A DNA stretch of 64,000 nt from Lama glama (Eukaryota): assembly GCA_028534125.1 (NCBI GenBank), contig CM052832.1, forward strand, positions 33,976,001-34,040,000, in the 5' to 3' direction. The notes beneath the pieces are model-generated. The model saw only the letters and a list, made by a program, of their open reading frames with translations. It was not told where the DNA came from and made no database searches. Shown piece by piece: positions 36,408 to 48,532 of the stretch. The position numbers and the translations under genes were made by a program. Each line of letters starts with the position of its first letter. Within the stretch, counting starts at the first letter, position 1.

Positions 36408-36884
36408 AATGGCCTTTCTGTGAACCAGCATTAACACAGTCCCTGTCTTCACAAGTTACAAAAGCAGGACCCGAGAATCCCAAAAGAAAACAACCCAACC
36501 ATGCCTTGGAGTGAAGTGGCTCCTTCTGCAGGAGCCCCTGCCAGTCCTCCTCTGTGCCTGCGACGGCGCTTTCCAGTCCTGGTGACAATAAGCCACTGTG
36601 CGGCTTATCTGGAAACCCAGGTCCTGCAGAAAGGCGGCATTCACACCCCTCACACCGGCTCTGGTCCCTGCGACTGTCATTAGAACCCACGGGGCTCACA
36701 CAATCCCAAAAGAAGGCTTGAGAAGCAGAGGGCGTTAGGATAAGGAACTTGAAGGAGGGTAAATACTGCTGGAAGATTCCATGCCAGGCCCCGGGCTACC
36801 CACGCCTTTGCTTGCGGTCTCCAGTCTTACACGCGAGACTCCCTTCAAACCTCTTCTCAGTACTAGATTGCTCTTTGAGTCTAA

Positions 36885-37000
36885 TTTTGATTTAGTCGCT
36901 CAACCTGTTTATATTAAGTGCCTAATATATGCCAGACAGCATGCAGGTGAACTGCGTCAGGTTAATCAGAAATCCGGGTTCCCCGAGCGCATCCTTCAGG
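36885..37000 (-). mobile_element. Possible L2 3'-end fragment
   Basis: gctcaacctgtttatattaagtgcctaatatatgccagacagcatgcagg resembles the reverse L2 tail (caaatatttattgagcacctactatgtgccaggcactgtgctagg). Confidence 0.5.
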
Positions 37001-37528
37001 AGCCTGGCTTGGACCTTATGTGTCCGGCCTGTCTGTACAGCTTCAGGCAGGTGGACACACGCGCAGGACCCCTCTGCATCGAGCAAGGGTTTGTGTGCGG
37101 GTAGAAACCTCTGCATGAAATGCAGCATCTTGCCCCAGAACAAATTAGGTCAGGACTCTCTCCCCCTCCCTCCCCCTGCAAGGAAAGTAAAACTTTACGG
37201 CAAATGGAATTCCAGCCTTTGCACATGCTCCTGTGAGTGCAGCTGAACTATTTCTGAATGTCTTCAGAGGCAGGTTTATGATCCTGGGAGGACCCAGGCT
37301 CCAGCGGCTGGTGCAGGAAAGAGGGCTCTTTGTGTGGTTGCCCCAGTTGCTGTGAAAGCCTGCCGGCCAGGGGCGGCCAGGGCTCCGGTGGAGCAGAACT
37401 GGGGGCCTGAGCGGGCCCACCCGGTCTCAGGAGCTGCCCCGGGACGGGCCTTCTCCCAGCCGGGATGCTGCTAATTGGAAACAGATGGTCCCTGAAAGGC
37501 TGGGCCCCAGGACTAGGCGGGCTGGTGG

Positions 37529-37740
37529 GCGCGCGCGCACACACACGCACACAGGCACACACACAGGCGCGCGCACGCACACACACAGTCACACACAGTC
37601 ATACACAGCCACACAGTCACGGTCACACAGATACACAGTCATACACACAAGCACACACACACACACAGGCACACACACTCACAAACCTCACCAGTACATA
37701 CACACACACTCCCCTCAGCCTTCACCTGCTACATACACAG
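37529..37740. repeat. Compound (CA)n/(CG)n low-complexity repeat
   Basis: About 200 nt of interrupted cacacaca units with gcgcgcgc runs. Confidence 0.9.
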
Positions 37741-39099
37741 GCACCCTCCTCTTCCTCTGACCCCTCGGCCCACACCCGCACCGCAGGAGGCCCCACTCCA
37801 GCGTGTCCCAGTGAGGACAGGAGAGGGTCAAGCAGGGGGTTAATGGGGCTCCAGTGTCACCTCGGTGTTACATTATTCTTCTCAAAACGGCCTGGAGCAT
37901 CGGTTTGAAGGAGACAAGAAGTGTTTGTGGTGGCAGTCTCCTCTCTACTCCGGCATCCGCGATGTCATCCGCGATGGGGCAGGACGGGCATTGGCTTCCT
38001 GGCCTCCCTGTGTGTGCTTGAAAGGAGAAAAAGGAGATTGGAGTCTTTCTGTGCTTGCTTCCTGGGCTGTGAACTTCCTCTGGATCTCCTTCCAGACAAT
38101 TTTTATTAAAGGGTTTCTTCTACTTTGAATCTCAACTCAGTGTCACTGAACTTATTTCCTCCTTTTTGCTGCTCTGCCAACTTTGACTATTCATTTTAGG
38201 GGAGATTAAAACATCTTCCACCTTGATCTTTAAAGTAAAAACTAAGAAGGTTAAAATAAACTCCAGTACCCAAACGTGAGAGCGATGCAGTCAGGCCTCA
38301 CACTCCTGCCTGAGGTGCGCAGCGAGGCGCCTGGGTCCCTGGGCAGTGCCGGTGGCAGTGTGCATCAGACTTGCCTTCCAAAGTGTGGTGGGCTGCATGC
38401 TGTCCTTTGTTAAGGAGTTAGGAGGGAGCTAGGCCCAGCCCGTAAACCTGACGCACTCCACATCTGTCTGCAGCGGAAACAGGCAGCGCAGGCTGCCGCC
38501 CTTGCAGGGAGGTGCACACACGACGGCTCCTTGGGAAAGCGGAGGCTGGGCTCTTGGCGGGCCAGTGCAGGGTCCTCGCGGGGTCCTTTAACCCTCGCTC
38601 CCAACACCGAGCACAGGCCGCGCAGACCCTGGCCCCATGAACGAGACCTTCCCTGTGCTCCTAAAGCTTGTGGCTGGAGGCAACACCTCAAAATTTCCTT
38701 TGAAAATAACCCTAAGTGCATTGTTCACAACTTTCTAAGCCCCGAGAAAAAGCCTTAAAGCACTCAGGCACCTTGTTTGTACTGGGAATTCCTGCCTGGC
38801 ATTCTCAGTTTTAAGATGTGTCGCCATAAGTCCAAGTTCACAAGTCATCTGTTTTTCAGGACCCGCAGCTCCCGCAGTCCGTGCACGGCTTGGGGCAGGG
38901 TCGTTGGGAGTTCTACCAGAAGTGTGTGTGTTTGTATGACACAGGTCCCAAAGTGCCACCCTCGCCTCTCCCAAACGGGTAGGTTTTAATCAGCAGGGTG
39001 CCGAGGGGTCACACACAGCAGCCACAGCTGGGCTGCAAAGCCACGCCAAGCACTGCCTGCCCCCTGCCATCCAGTGTCCCCTTTACGATGGTCTGGCGC

Positions 39100-40680
39100 A
39101 GCTGCCCTGCCCCGAGCGTCCGGAGGCCAGGCTACCCGCGCACACCCTGGCGCGCCCGGCACCAGGGGGCCGTGCCACCAGAATTAGCCCGCGTCTCTCT
39201 CGTGCCATTTTGGGTCCTTGGCCGGAGAGGCCGCCTCTGCCCCCTCAGGCCCGTCACGGGGTGCCCGCCGGCCGCCGGAGGCTGTCCCAAGGCCCCGTCC
39301 CCAGCACGACGGCAGGCCCCCACCCACCCTCACCCGTTCCCTCGGACCGGGCGTCTCTGCTGGGAGGCCGGCGACCGCGGCCCGACCCCAGGCCCCGGCT
39401 CCCGCCCTTCCTGCAGGGTCAGGGGTCGCACGCAGCCGACACCCCGCTCTCAGCTGCCCGCTTTGATCTCTGGACTCGGGCCCGGAGCCCGGCGCGGAAG
39501 CCGCTGCACTGGGCCCGCCGAGCTGTTGGGCCGAGGAGCCCCGACGCGGACGCGGGGTCCCGGGCGGGCGCGCGTGCCCCACTCGCGGCTCCGCCGCCTC
39601 CGGAGGGACCCGGACGGCAACCTCAGGGAACTGACCGCGCGCATGCGCCGGCCGCGCGCCCCTCCCCCGGCCCGGGCGGCGGGACCCCGCGCACGTGTCC
39701 CCGTGCCCAGCCTCGCGCGCCCCGGGCCCGAGCGCGGGCGGGAGCCAAGGACGCGATGGAAAACTGTGGTTAAGAAAATCAGGCACGGCCCAGCCCTGGC
39801 CCCGTCCAGGCGCCAGTGAGCGAGGGGACGGCGCTCGGAAGGGCCGAGGCCCAAAACTCCGATCAGGTGGGTGGGTGAACTGGGGGAGGCAGCTGCAGTG
39901 GGGCCTCCAGCGACCGACGGCCGCCCCGACGGGAGACGCTGGGCCCGGGCCAGGGTGAGGTGGCCGCACCGCCTGAGGCCTGCCTGGGGCTGGAGCGGCC
40001 GCTCGGGCTCGGGAGTGTATATTTGGAAGGGGTCAGGACCTCGGCTTGAGTTTGGCTTTTTATGGCGAGGAGGCCGCCAGGGAAGGGCCGTCTGGCGGGG
40101 CCTTCCTGCAGTGCCACTTCTCCCTGGCAGCTCGGCGCGGAGGGAGTCCTGGTCCCGGCGGCGGCGCCCCCGCTCCTCTGACCCTGCCCCGCGGACCCGT
40201 TCTGAAAAGCTGCGCTGCGTCGGGTTGACTCTTGGTCACCGAACACTCTGGAAACCACTGCCCGGCACCTCCCGCTACTCCGCGCAGGAAGCGCCCGCGG
40301 GGGCCAGGGCTGAGCCTGGGGTGTCAGCCCTCGCGTTCTCTCCGGGACTGTCTCGCACGCAGACAGCCCGGGGCCGTGGCAGCCACCGTGGCCCCTCCAC
40401 CGCCTCTCGCTGGGACCGAGCGGCTGGCAGCGAGGCCCGGACACTGCCCGCGTGCGTCCTCCGGCATCATCACAAAAATCCTCCCCGGGACGGACTGCTC
40501 GGAAGCCCCCGCGGCCTCTGCTGTCCGGGGCGCCCCGGCTCCCCAGTGGCCCCGAGGCGGCTCCGACCGGCCCTGAACCCTGGCGCTGCGCGCCGGGCGC
40601 GGGAGGCTCGGACCGGCCCCGCAGCCTCAGGGACGCCCGCTGGGTGCCGCCGGGGCCTGGGATGTCGCACTAGTCAGAGG
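39100..40680. promoter_or_regulatory. Orphan intergenic CpG island between the GMDS and FOXC1 3' ends
   Basis: About 1.6 kb CpG-dense; NRF1-type palindrome GCGCATGCGC 39639-39648; E-box CACGTG 39692-39697. Confidence 0.85.
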
Positions 40681-43600
40681 ACAGCGTTGTCGTTTTTTCC
40701 TCCACTGGCAGATTTTTAAGAATCCGATCCACCGCCTAAACACGTGCTGGCCACCCCTGTCCGGATGGTACATCTGTAGCCATTAACAAGACCCCACGCA
40801 GCCTCCGGGCCCAATGACCTGCTTTTACACTGAAGGAAATGCAGGGCCTTAAGAGTTAATGGCGCTAAATGTGTTGGTTTTCCTGCTCTTCCCCCGGGTC
40901 ATGAGGGAGGGAGGGTGTCTGTCTCTTCTCTCTCTCTCTCCCTCTCTCTGTGTGATCTAAACCATCCTCAAAGCACTAGAGGAAACTCCTTCACCCCCCA
41001 ACCTCCAGTTCTGTGTCCCCATCCCCGCGGAGCCTGGCAGTGGCCTCCTCCTTCTCTAGGCCATGCCTGGGGTCCCACCACCCAGGTCAATGGAGAGGCC
41101 CCTCCGCCAGCTCTGGCGGCCTGCCTACTGCTCACTCCTGCAAACGCCCAGGGCCACCCAAGTAGCACCAGGCTGTGTTGACTTGGGGGGGGGGGCAAAG
41201 GAGCAGCCCACCCAGCGTCCTTCCTGGGAGTGACCTGCCAGTGCAGCCAGGGAAAGGGGACAGGCAGTGGGCATGGAGGAACCCAAAGGCTCCCAGAGAA
41301 AGAAGATGCTCTTCGAGAGAAAAGCGGGAGGTGCCATCTGGAAGAGCAGAGACCTGGGGAAGCACCTCTGAGCTTCAGTCACCCAGCCTACCGCAGTGGG
41401 GAGACTCGGAGCAGAAAGCAAGGCGAAGCCCTCTCTTGGGACCAGGCAGGCTGGCCTCCCCTGTCCTGTGTCTCTTCCAGGAGCTCCACCCTTCTCTCCT
41501 GTCTGAAGGCTCCCTGACCTCTAGTGAGGAAATCCCAGATCCCATGGCAACCCTGCGATATGCTCAATATGCTGCAAGTCTGAAATCAGTGAGGGAAAAC
41601 GTCACGTCAACAACAACAGGATAATGGAAAGCAGAGGGCTTCTTCGGTGCTGGGGAGAGATGGGAGGGGGCGCAGCAGAGGTCTTCCGCTGGCCTTATGC
41701 TCCCTGCGCCATATTTTGGTTTCCAATAAGGCGGACATGGTACATTTGGCTCAATTTTCCACTACTAATCACGTTGAGAATGTCCTGGAGAAGCGGCTTT
41801 CATTCTCCTGAACAGAGTTTGGAGCTGGAATTCCTTGGATTAAGGACTGTTCCTTTCCCAGCCGGACTTGGACCCGGAACTGCCAGTGCTGCTGTGTGGC
41901 CCTGTCTGTCCGAGGCCTGAGCACGAGCTCTGGTCACGGCATCCGGTGCAGTGCCGGGTGGGCATGCGTTCCCCTGCGAGGTGGCCCAAGCTGGCTCGGG
42001 GACATCCGGGAGAGGCTTCGGCCCCAAGGCCTTCTGTGGAGGCCTGGGAGGAAGAGGGCGGGAAAAGGCAGGGACAGAGACAGGACAGAAGGGCAGAGAC
42101 AGAGAGACACGCGGAACTTAATGATCACGATGGAGTCACACTCGAAAGGGGGAGATGGAGCGAACGGGTGGCAGGCCACAAAGTTCCAGCTACCAACACA
42201 GAGCCCAAATAACGAAGGAAGACCGAAAATGCCATTAATAAAAAGCTCTTTGCGAGGGTCATCTTGACCTCCTTGTAACTGAAATAGGAGCTTTCAGAAA
42301 AATGGGGGTTTTGAAACCAGCATTTAGCCCCCTAGCAAATGTCAGCGGGCTTTCTCTCCATCCATGGCCACCGTGTGACTCAATCAGGCTTTGCCCTGCT
42401 GGAGCCTCCTGAGCTCAGGGCTTCCTGGCCTCTGCCCCCCCTCCTGTCACAACTCATGGGGTGAACACTGTTATGGTCTCTCTGTCCCTTTTCTCCCCTT
42501 CTGCCCGCCTTCCCCCAAAGCTCCCTGCTTGGCTGAAGAACGCCCGGCAGAATGGGATTCTGTCCTGCCGGGCCAGCGTTATTCCATGGCCACCATCAAT
42601 CTTGACCCTAAAGCGACATTTGTTTATGACTGGGTGGGGAGGGCTAATGGCTTCTCGAGCAGCTCTGCAAAATGAGTCGACAGGAGTCTAAAGAGGAGGC
42701 CTTGAGACAGCCGGTGGGACCCAGTGGTGGGAACTGGGCTCAGAAGCAAGTGGGGCTCCTCTCCAGAAGCTCCAAGATGTGGGTTGGGGATCAGAAGAAA
42801 CTGTCACTCCAGCTGCCACTAACAGCATGGGAGAAGGAACACTGCTGGGTGTTAGGGCCCTGTGGGTGCCTCCCGTCCCTCCTGGGCAGCCCAGCCAGGC
42901 AGCCTGGACCAGCAGAGACTTTGGGGCCTCTCTGGGGTTTTGCACCATTAAGAACAAAACAAACGGCTCTCCACCTGAAAAACTGAGACCCTTCCACAGG
43001 GAACAGGATGGGAGAGAAAAGGTCCTATGTCCCTTCTCCACCTATCAAAGTTCCCGGGCGCCATAGGGCTGTGAGGCACTCTTGTTTCCTGACCCTTGTT
43101 TCTGACCCCGCAGGAAACAGCAAAGAGCTTACGGGCCACCAGCACAATCGAGCCTTATTCCCCTGCAAACGCCGATTATTAATGACACATACTGTGTGGC
43201 ATGATAAATTGTAAAATGCATGCTTGTTTGCATGCAGCCTGTTGGAAAGGGCCTGCTAACGACATAACCCTGGAGAGCAGCACCCACCAGGTGTGCTTGG
43301 ATGTGGCACACTACGCACTGGCGTTGCCTGCTCATGGTGGAACTCGCTAAGAAGTGCCCACTGCCACATAGGAGACAAAACACTCTTCTAAAGCTTTCTA
43401 CAGAGGCTGACTTCAAAATCAGCACAGTCCCCCAGCTGGGTCCTGTCTGGTGTCCCAGGCTAATTTCAAAATTTGTTAAAATATCAAGGAGTTTTTCTTA
43501 GAATATTCTTACAGCAAAACTACCCTTGTTGCTACCAAAGGTACAAATGAAACACTCAAAGCACTAGGGGATAAATAATGCTCAGCAAGGAATAAGGCGT

Positions 43601-43899
43601 CTCAGGCTGGCAGGAGTTGGTTTTTCTTGAACTGGGAATGAGAATCCAAAAACAAACGTCCTGATAGTAGAGAACGTCACCTAAGTGGTTCTAAGAATCA
43701 GCTTAATGAGCAGAAACTTCTGACCTCCCACTCAAGCACAGCCTCTGAACAATGAGGTAGAAATAACTCCTTTCTCCAGATTCTAGTATAACTCAAACAC
43801 CTTCCTAGACGCAGGTCCTAAAGGCCTAATTTTCAAACGCTGGAATCCAAGAAGGCAAAAATGATTGCCAAGAGGTTTCCAGGCGAGCGCTTAAAACAC

Positions 43900-45125
43900 T
43901 CTCCCGGCTGCAGCAGCGAGGGCCCCTCTCTCGTAAGGGCTCCTCCTCGAAGCTGAGCGCTCCTGCCGGGCTCCCATTCCAGCCGCCGAGACTCGCGGCC
44001 CAGAAAGGGCCGGCCCGGGTCGGAAGCGCCCTCCAGGACCAGCCGGGCCTCTCCTGCGCGCCGGCCCCGATCGCAGCCCACCCTCGCCGCGCCGCCCGAG
44101 TTCCCAGCGCGGGGCTGGGCCTAGGCCGGGCCGCCGAGGCCGCGGGGACGTGGAGGGTCTCGGGCCAGAGGATCCGACCGGCCGGCCCCGCCGCCCGCGC
44201 GGCCACTCCCGGTGACCCGTGGCCGCCGCAAACCGAGCGCACACGCCGCGCGAAGACGCGGCCGGCCGGGGAGGCCCAGCGCCGCGGGGCAGGGGGACCG
44301 GGCGGGCCGGGGCCCTCCGGGCGCCGGGAGCAGCGCCCGCCGTGGCCCCTCCGCCGGGCGGCCGCGCTCCTGCACACACGTGCGTCTTCAAAACAAAGGC
44401 GGCGGGCGCGGCGCGGAGCCGGAGCCCAGAGCCACGCGGAGCCCCGGGGTCAGGCCCGCCGGCGGCGCCCCTGGTTCCCTCCTCCGCCCGCGGCTCCCGC
44501 CGCCTTGCCCAGAGCGCGGTCGTCCCCGCGCCAAGACCCGGCCCGCTACTAGCCCGCCTCTCTCCTGCCGCCCCCCGGGTCGAGGAGGAGGCAGGCGTGG
44601 AGAGGGGCGCGGGCGCGTCATTCCCCTAATTAACCGGGGAGCGTCCGGCCCCGGAGGCGGGCGTCGGGTCGCGGAGACGCGCCCCAGCCGGAAAGCCCGG
44701 GTGGCCCGAGCCCGCACCGCCAGCCCCCACTCGGGAAAGGGGACCAACTACGGCAGAAAGTGCGAGCTCCCGTTGCCGGGCGCAGCGCGCCTTGGGGCCC
44801 GGCCTCGTCTGGGGGGACAGGGCCGCTGGTCACCTGCTGCAGCCGCTTCTCTCCGGGCCTGGCCAGCCCAGCTCCCGCCACCGTCCCTTTGTCCGCAAAC
44901 CCCGCTCCGCGCGGGGCTAACAAAAGTGCGCGGCCGCGAGCAGGACGACATTTGTCGGCGGACCCTTCCCCTTCCCAGCCCGCAGGGTGCACCTGGGAAG
45001 CGCGAGGCCGCCTTTGCCCAGGGCTCCGACTCCGGGCGGTTGGCGCCGCAGGAAGGCCGCTCCAGGCCGCTTGCCCCGGGGGACACCGGCTGCGAGGCTG
45101 CGGCTGTGAGCCAGGGACCCAGCAA
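43900..45125. promoter_or_regulatory. CpG island immediately downstream of the FOXC1 poly(A) site
   Basis: Extremely GC/CpG-rich 1.2 kb, with an abrupt switch to AT-rich 3' UTR at about 45140. Confidence 0.85.
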
Positions 45126-45147
45126 ATCAGAGGCCACGTAGAGCAGT

Positions 45148-46918
45148 TTTTGACTGAAGTAGAGTGTATTTATTTGCAGCAATCCTTTAACAATGATCAA
45201 ATTTTGACAACAAGCAACAGCAATTACTGCTAAGTGTTGCCTCTAGATCGGAGCGGCAGATAGCAGGAAACTGTATTATCTCGAAAACAAACGGAAAGGC
45301 CCTGAAAGTCTGTAATCAAATCGCCATCTCCCTAAAGTCTGATTGACAGGGCAGATCACCCTAAGATAATGAATTTATTACATTTCCTGGGTTATTTACA
45401 AGGGGGGAGAGGGCCAATCCGGATTGCCCCCTAGGTTTAACTGTAAATTAACAAGAAAAATCGGGTTGAAAAGAAACCACCTGGACTAAAATGCTCTGCT
45501 CTTTCCTCCTTCTTGTTTTCGCTTTAAATCTGTTTCAGAAAATAACTGCTCTACAAACATATCTTCTAAAATAGGCTCCCAAAGATTAAATATCCCTTTC
45601 CAACCCACAGTACATTTTTTAAAAAGTCAATCCTTCTACGTAAGACATGAAGGCTAGTAAATGTGGATGATATACATACATTTAAAAACTGGTTTATTTT
45701 TCCTCTTAAAAGGAGGGAAATTAATAGGAAAAAATCCATCCAGCATTTGGCTCCCCGAGACGTGTAATACACATCGCAGGTTTGTTTGTTTGCTTTTATG
45801 TGATATGCAAGCCAAATATTCATCTGTGTATCTGGACTCAGTCCTCTCTCTCCACACACAGGTATCACTGTGGCAAGACTGCTGCTGATTCATGGGCTTA
45901 AAATTTCCAAGTCATGTGCTCATTACTGAGAAAATGCATTTGTGTATATGCTAACTCAGATCTGTTTAGGAAAATACCTTTTACTAGCCACAAAGCAAGC
46001 TGACTATACAGTACATTTTGCAGAAGGTGCTGCCGGAAAAAAAAAGTCTAAACAAGAAGAGACTTTCATGTAAAATTTGGCAAGGAGTAGTCAGAGGGCT
46101 TCTCCGTTTACTCAGAGATTTAGGAGGACAGGTAATTTCTAGTGTTTTAATCTCTGAAATCTTTTTTCTCATGATAATTAAGGCTGTATTAAAGTATCCA
46201 GACATATAGGTCTCATTCAAACTGAATGGTAATTTATTAATAAACAAACAATGAATATGTTCAACAGAAAGAAAGAAAAGATGATAGAATAAGATTAATA
46301 CAGTTTCCCTTTTTATAATGAAAAAAAGCNNNNNNNNNNNNNNNNNNNNNNNNNNNNNNNNNNNNNNNNNNNNNNNNNNNNNNNNNNNNNNNNNNNNNNN
46401 NNNNNNNNNNNNNNNNNNNNNNNNNNNNNNNNNNNNNNNNNNNNNNNNNNNNNNNNNNNNNNNNNNNNNNNNNNNNNNNNNNNNNGGGACCTTCCCCCCT
46501 CCTTTCCACATAGGATTAAGCAATATCTTACAGGTGAGAGGTGAAGGCAGCACGAGAGGAGAGGAGGAGGAACGCGTGCTCTCTGAAAGAAGAAGAAACT
46601 TACGTGTTATCTGGAGTAACACTGTCCTTTAACAAACCATGCCTCTGCGGTCTGTGCAAAACAGTTTACGCTTTTGTTTATTTAGATACGGCAAATTGGG
46701 GGTGGCTCCAAATCCGTCTTTTAAGAAAATGCTTTTCTTCCTGCTGGTGAGTTGGAAGTACGGAGGGACTCTCTTCGCTGGTTTGGTGGACGTTTTTCAA
46801 GTTTTTCAAATTGGGTTTTTTGGTTTCGGTTTTGCATCGAGGATTCTTTGGCTGCTCCTGCTGGGGGGGGGGTCCGGTTCAGTTCGGTTAGGAGGCGGGC
46901 GGGGCGGGGGGGATGTTG
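45148..46918 (-). other. FOXC1: FOXC1 3' UTR (about 1.8 kb, includes N gap 46330-46485)
   Basis: AT-rich block between the stop codon and AATAAA. Confidence 0.85.
45169..45174 (-). terminator. FOXC1: FOXC1 polyadenylation signal (AATAAA)
   Basis: Minus strand ...gctgcaAATAAAtacactctacttcagtcaaaaa, at the end of the AT-rich UTR block. Confidence 0.85.
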
Positions 46919-48532
46919 TCAGAACTTGCTGCAGTCGTAGACGAAGGCCCCGGACGTGCGGTACAGGGACTGGCCCGAGGGGAAGGCCATCTGACAGCTG
47001 CTGCTCCCATTCACGGGGGAGTTGTTCAGGCCGATCCTCTGCGACTCGAACATCTCCCGCACCGAGTGGAAGTTCTGCTGCTGGCCCGGGTAGCCCGCGG
47101 CCGCCGCCGCCGCGCTTGCCAGGTGGCCCAGGTCCCCGCCCGCCTGGTTCAGATACCACGAAGCGAGGCGGCCTTGGTGGGCCACGGGGTGGTGGCCAGA
47201 CTCCTGGCCGCCGCCGCCGTGGCCCAGAGAGGAGGAGCTGCTGCTGGTGGCCGGGGTCAGGGAGTAGTCGGGCAGGGGGTCGTCCACCGAGGAGCCGCCG
47301 GCGCCCGTGGGCGCGCCCTGCACGTGGCCGCCGCGCTCGCCAGCTGCGTACAGGCTCATGGCCTGCAGATTGCAGTGGTAGGTCCCGGCGCCCCCCGCCC
47401 CGCCGCCCCCGCCAGAGCTGCCTGCGCCGGGGCTCTGGCTGCAGGGGGAGCCGTACAGGGAGCTCTGGCCGGGCGAGTAGGCGCCGAGCGCCAGCGGGGG
47501 CGCGAGGCCGGCGCGCGAGGACGCGGTGGCCGGGGCCAGGAGGCTGGAGCCCAGCTCAGCGGCCGCGCCCTGCGGCGACCCCCGCAGCGACGTCATGATG
47601 TTGTCCACGCTGAAGCCCTGACTGTGCGGAGGCGCGGGCGCGGGCGGCGGGCCGGGCTCCGCGCCGTCCAGGCTTAGCGGACGCGCCGCCGGCAGGCCGC
47701 CTGGGGGGCTGCCCGCGCTGGACAGGCTGCTGCTGCTGCTGTCGGGGCTTTCGATTTTGGGCACCGCGGCGGCGCCCGCGCTGCCGCTGCCCAAGGCGGC
47801 GGCCGGGGACAGGGGCTGGGGCGGCGAGGGGCACGTACCGTTCTCGGTTTTGATGTCCTGGATGCGCACGGGGGGCGGCTGCGCTCCGGGCGCGGCGCCG
47901 TCGGCCTGCTCGGGCGGCGCGGGCGCGGGCTGGCGGCCGGGCGGCGGCGGCGGCTCCTTGAGGTGCAGCCGGTCCTTCTCCTCCTTGTNNNNNNNNNNNN
48001 NNNNNNNNNNNNNNNNNNNNNNNNNNNNNNNNNNNNNNNNNNNNNNNNNNNNNNNNNNNNNNNNNNNNNNNNNNNNNNNNNNNNNNNNNNNNNNNNNNNN
48101 NNNNNNNNNNNNNNNNNNNNNNNNNNNNNNNNNNNNNNNNNNNNNNNNNNNNNNNNNNNNNNNNNNNNNNNNNNNNNNNNNNNNNNNNNNNNNNNNNNNN
48201 NNNNNNNNNNNNNNNNNNNNNNNNNNNNNNNNNNNNNNNNNNNNNNNNNNNNNNNNNNNNNNNNNNNNNNNNNNNNNNNNNNNNNNNNNNNNNNNNNNNN
48301 NNNNNNNNNNNNNNNNNNNNNNNNNNNNNNNNNNNNNNNNNNNNNNNNNNNNNNNNNNNNNNNNNNNNTGCTNNNNNNNNNNNNNNNNNNNNNNNNNNNN
48401 NNNNNNNNNNNNNNNNNNNNNNNNNNNNNNNNNNNNNNNNNNNNNNNNNNNNNNNNNNNNNNNNNNNNNNNNNNNNNNNNNNNNNNNNNNNNNNNNNNNN
48501 NNNNNNNNNNNNNNNNNNNNNNNNNNNNNNNN
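46919..48532 (-). CDS. FOXC1: Forkhead box protein C1, single exon. Only 46919-47988 is sequenced; the N-terminus and forkhead domain lie in the N gap and the start position is inferred.
   Basis: Translation [14 protein letters not shown]...[11 protein letters not shown]...[15 protein letters not shown]...[24 protein letters not shown]...[10 protein letters not shown] is the FOXC1 C-terminal two-thirds. Adjacency to GMDS matches known synteny. Start inferred from the 182 codons preceding KEEKD in the human protein (recalled). Confidence 0.97.
   Translation of the reverse strand, partial: XXXXXXXXXXXXXXXXXXXXXXXXXXXXXXXXXXXXXXXXXXXXXXXXXXXXXXXXXXXXXXXXXXXXXXXXXXXXXXXXXXXXXXXXXXXXXXXXXXXXXXXXXXXXXXXXXXXXXXXXXXXXXXXXXXXXXXXXXXXXXXXXXXXXXXXXXXXXXXXXXXXXXXXXXXXXXXXXXXXXXXKEEKDRLHLKEPPPPPGRQPAPAPPEQADGAAPGAQPPPVRIQDIKTENGTCPSPPQPLSPAAALGSGSAGAAAVPKIESPDSSSSSLSSAGSPPGGLPAARPLSLDGAEPGPPPAPAPPHSQGFSVDNIMTSLRGSPQGAAAELGSSLLAPATASSRAGLAPPLALGAYSPGQSSLYGSPCSQSPGAGSSGGGGGAGGAGTYHCNLQAMSLYAAGERGGHVQGAPTGAGGSSVDDPLPDYSLTPATSSSSSSLGHGGGGQESGHHPVAHQGRLASWYLNQAGGDLGHLASAAAAAAGYPGQQQNFHSVREMFESQRIGLNNSPVNGSSSCQMAFPSGQSLYRTSGAFVYDCSKF

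Noticed and set aside
27578-37977. Isolated two-copy tandem duplications (acgtggccaga near 27578, cgtgaggggt near 35271, catccgcgatg near 37953)
   Set aside because: Ordinary slippage events; no array, spacers or CRISPR-like organisation.
38998-45141. 260-310 aa R/P/G/A-rich ORFs in the CpG islands
   Set aside because: Expected from stop-codon scarcity at very high GC; open on several frames and both strands; no domains.
46639-47677. 319-aa and 254-aa plus-strand ORFs overlapping FOXC1
   Set aside because: Antisense shadows of a very GC-rich CDS; low complexity, no independent support.
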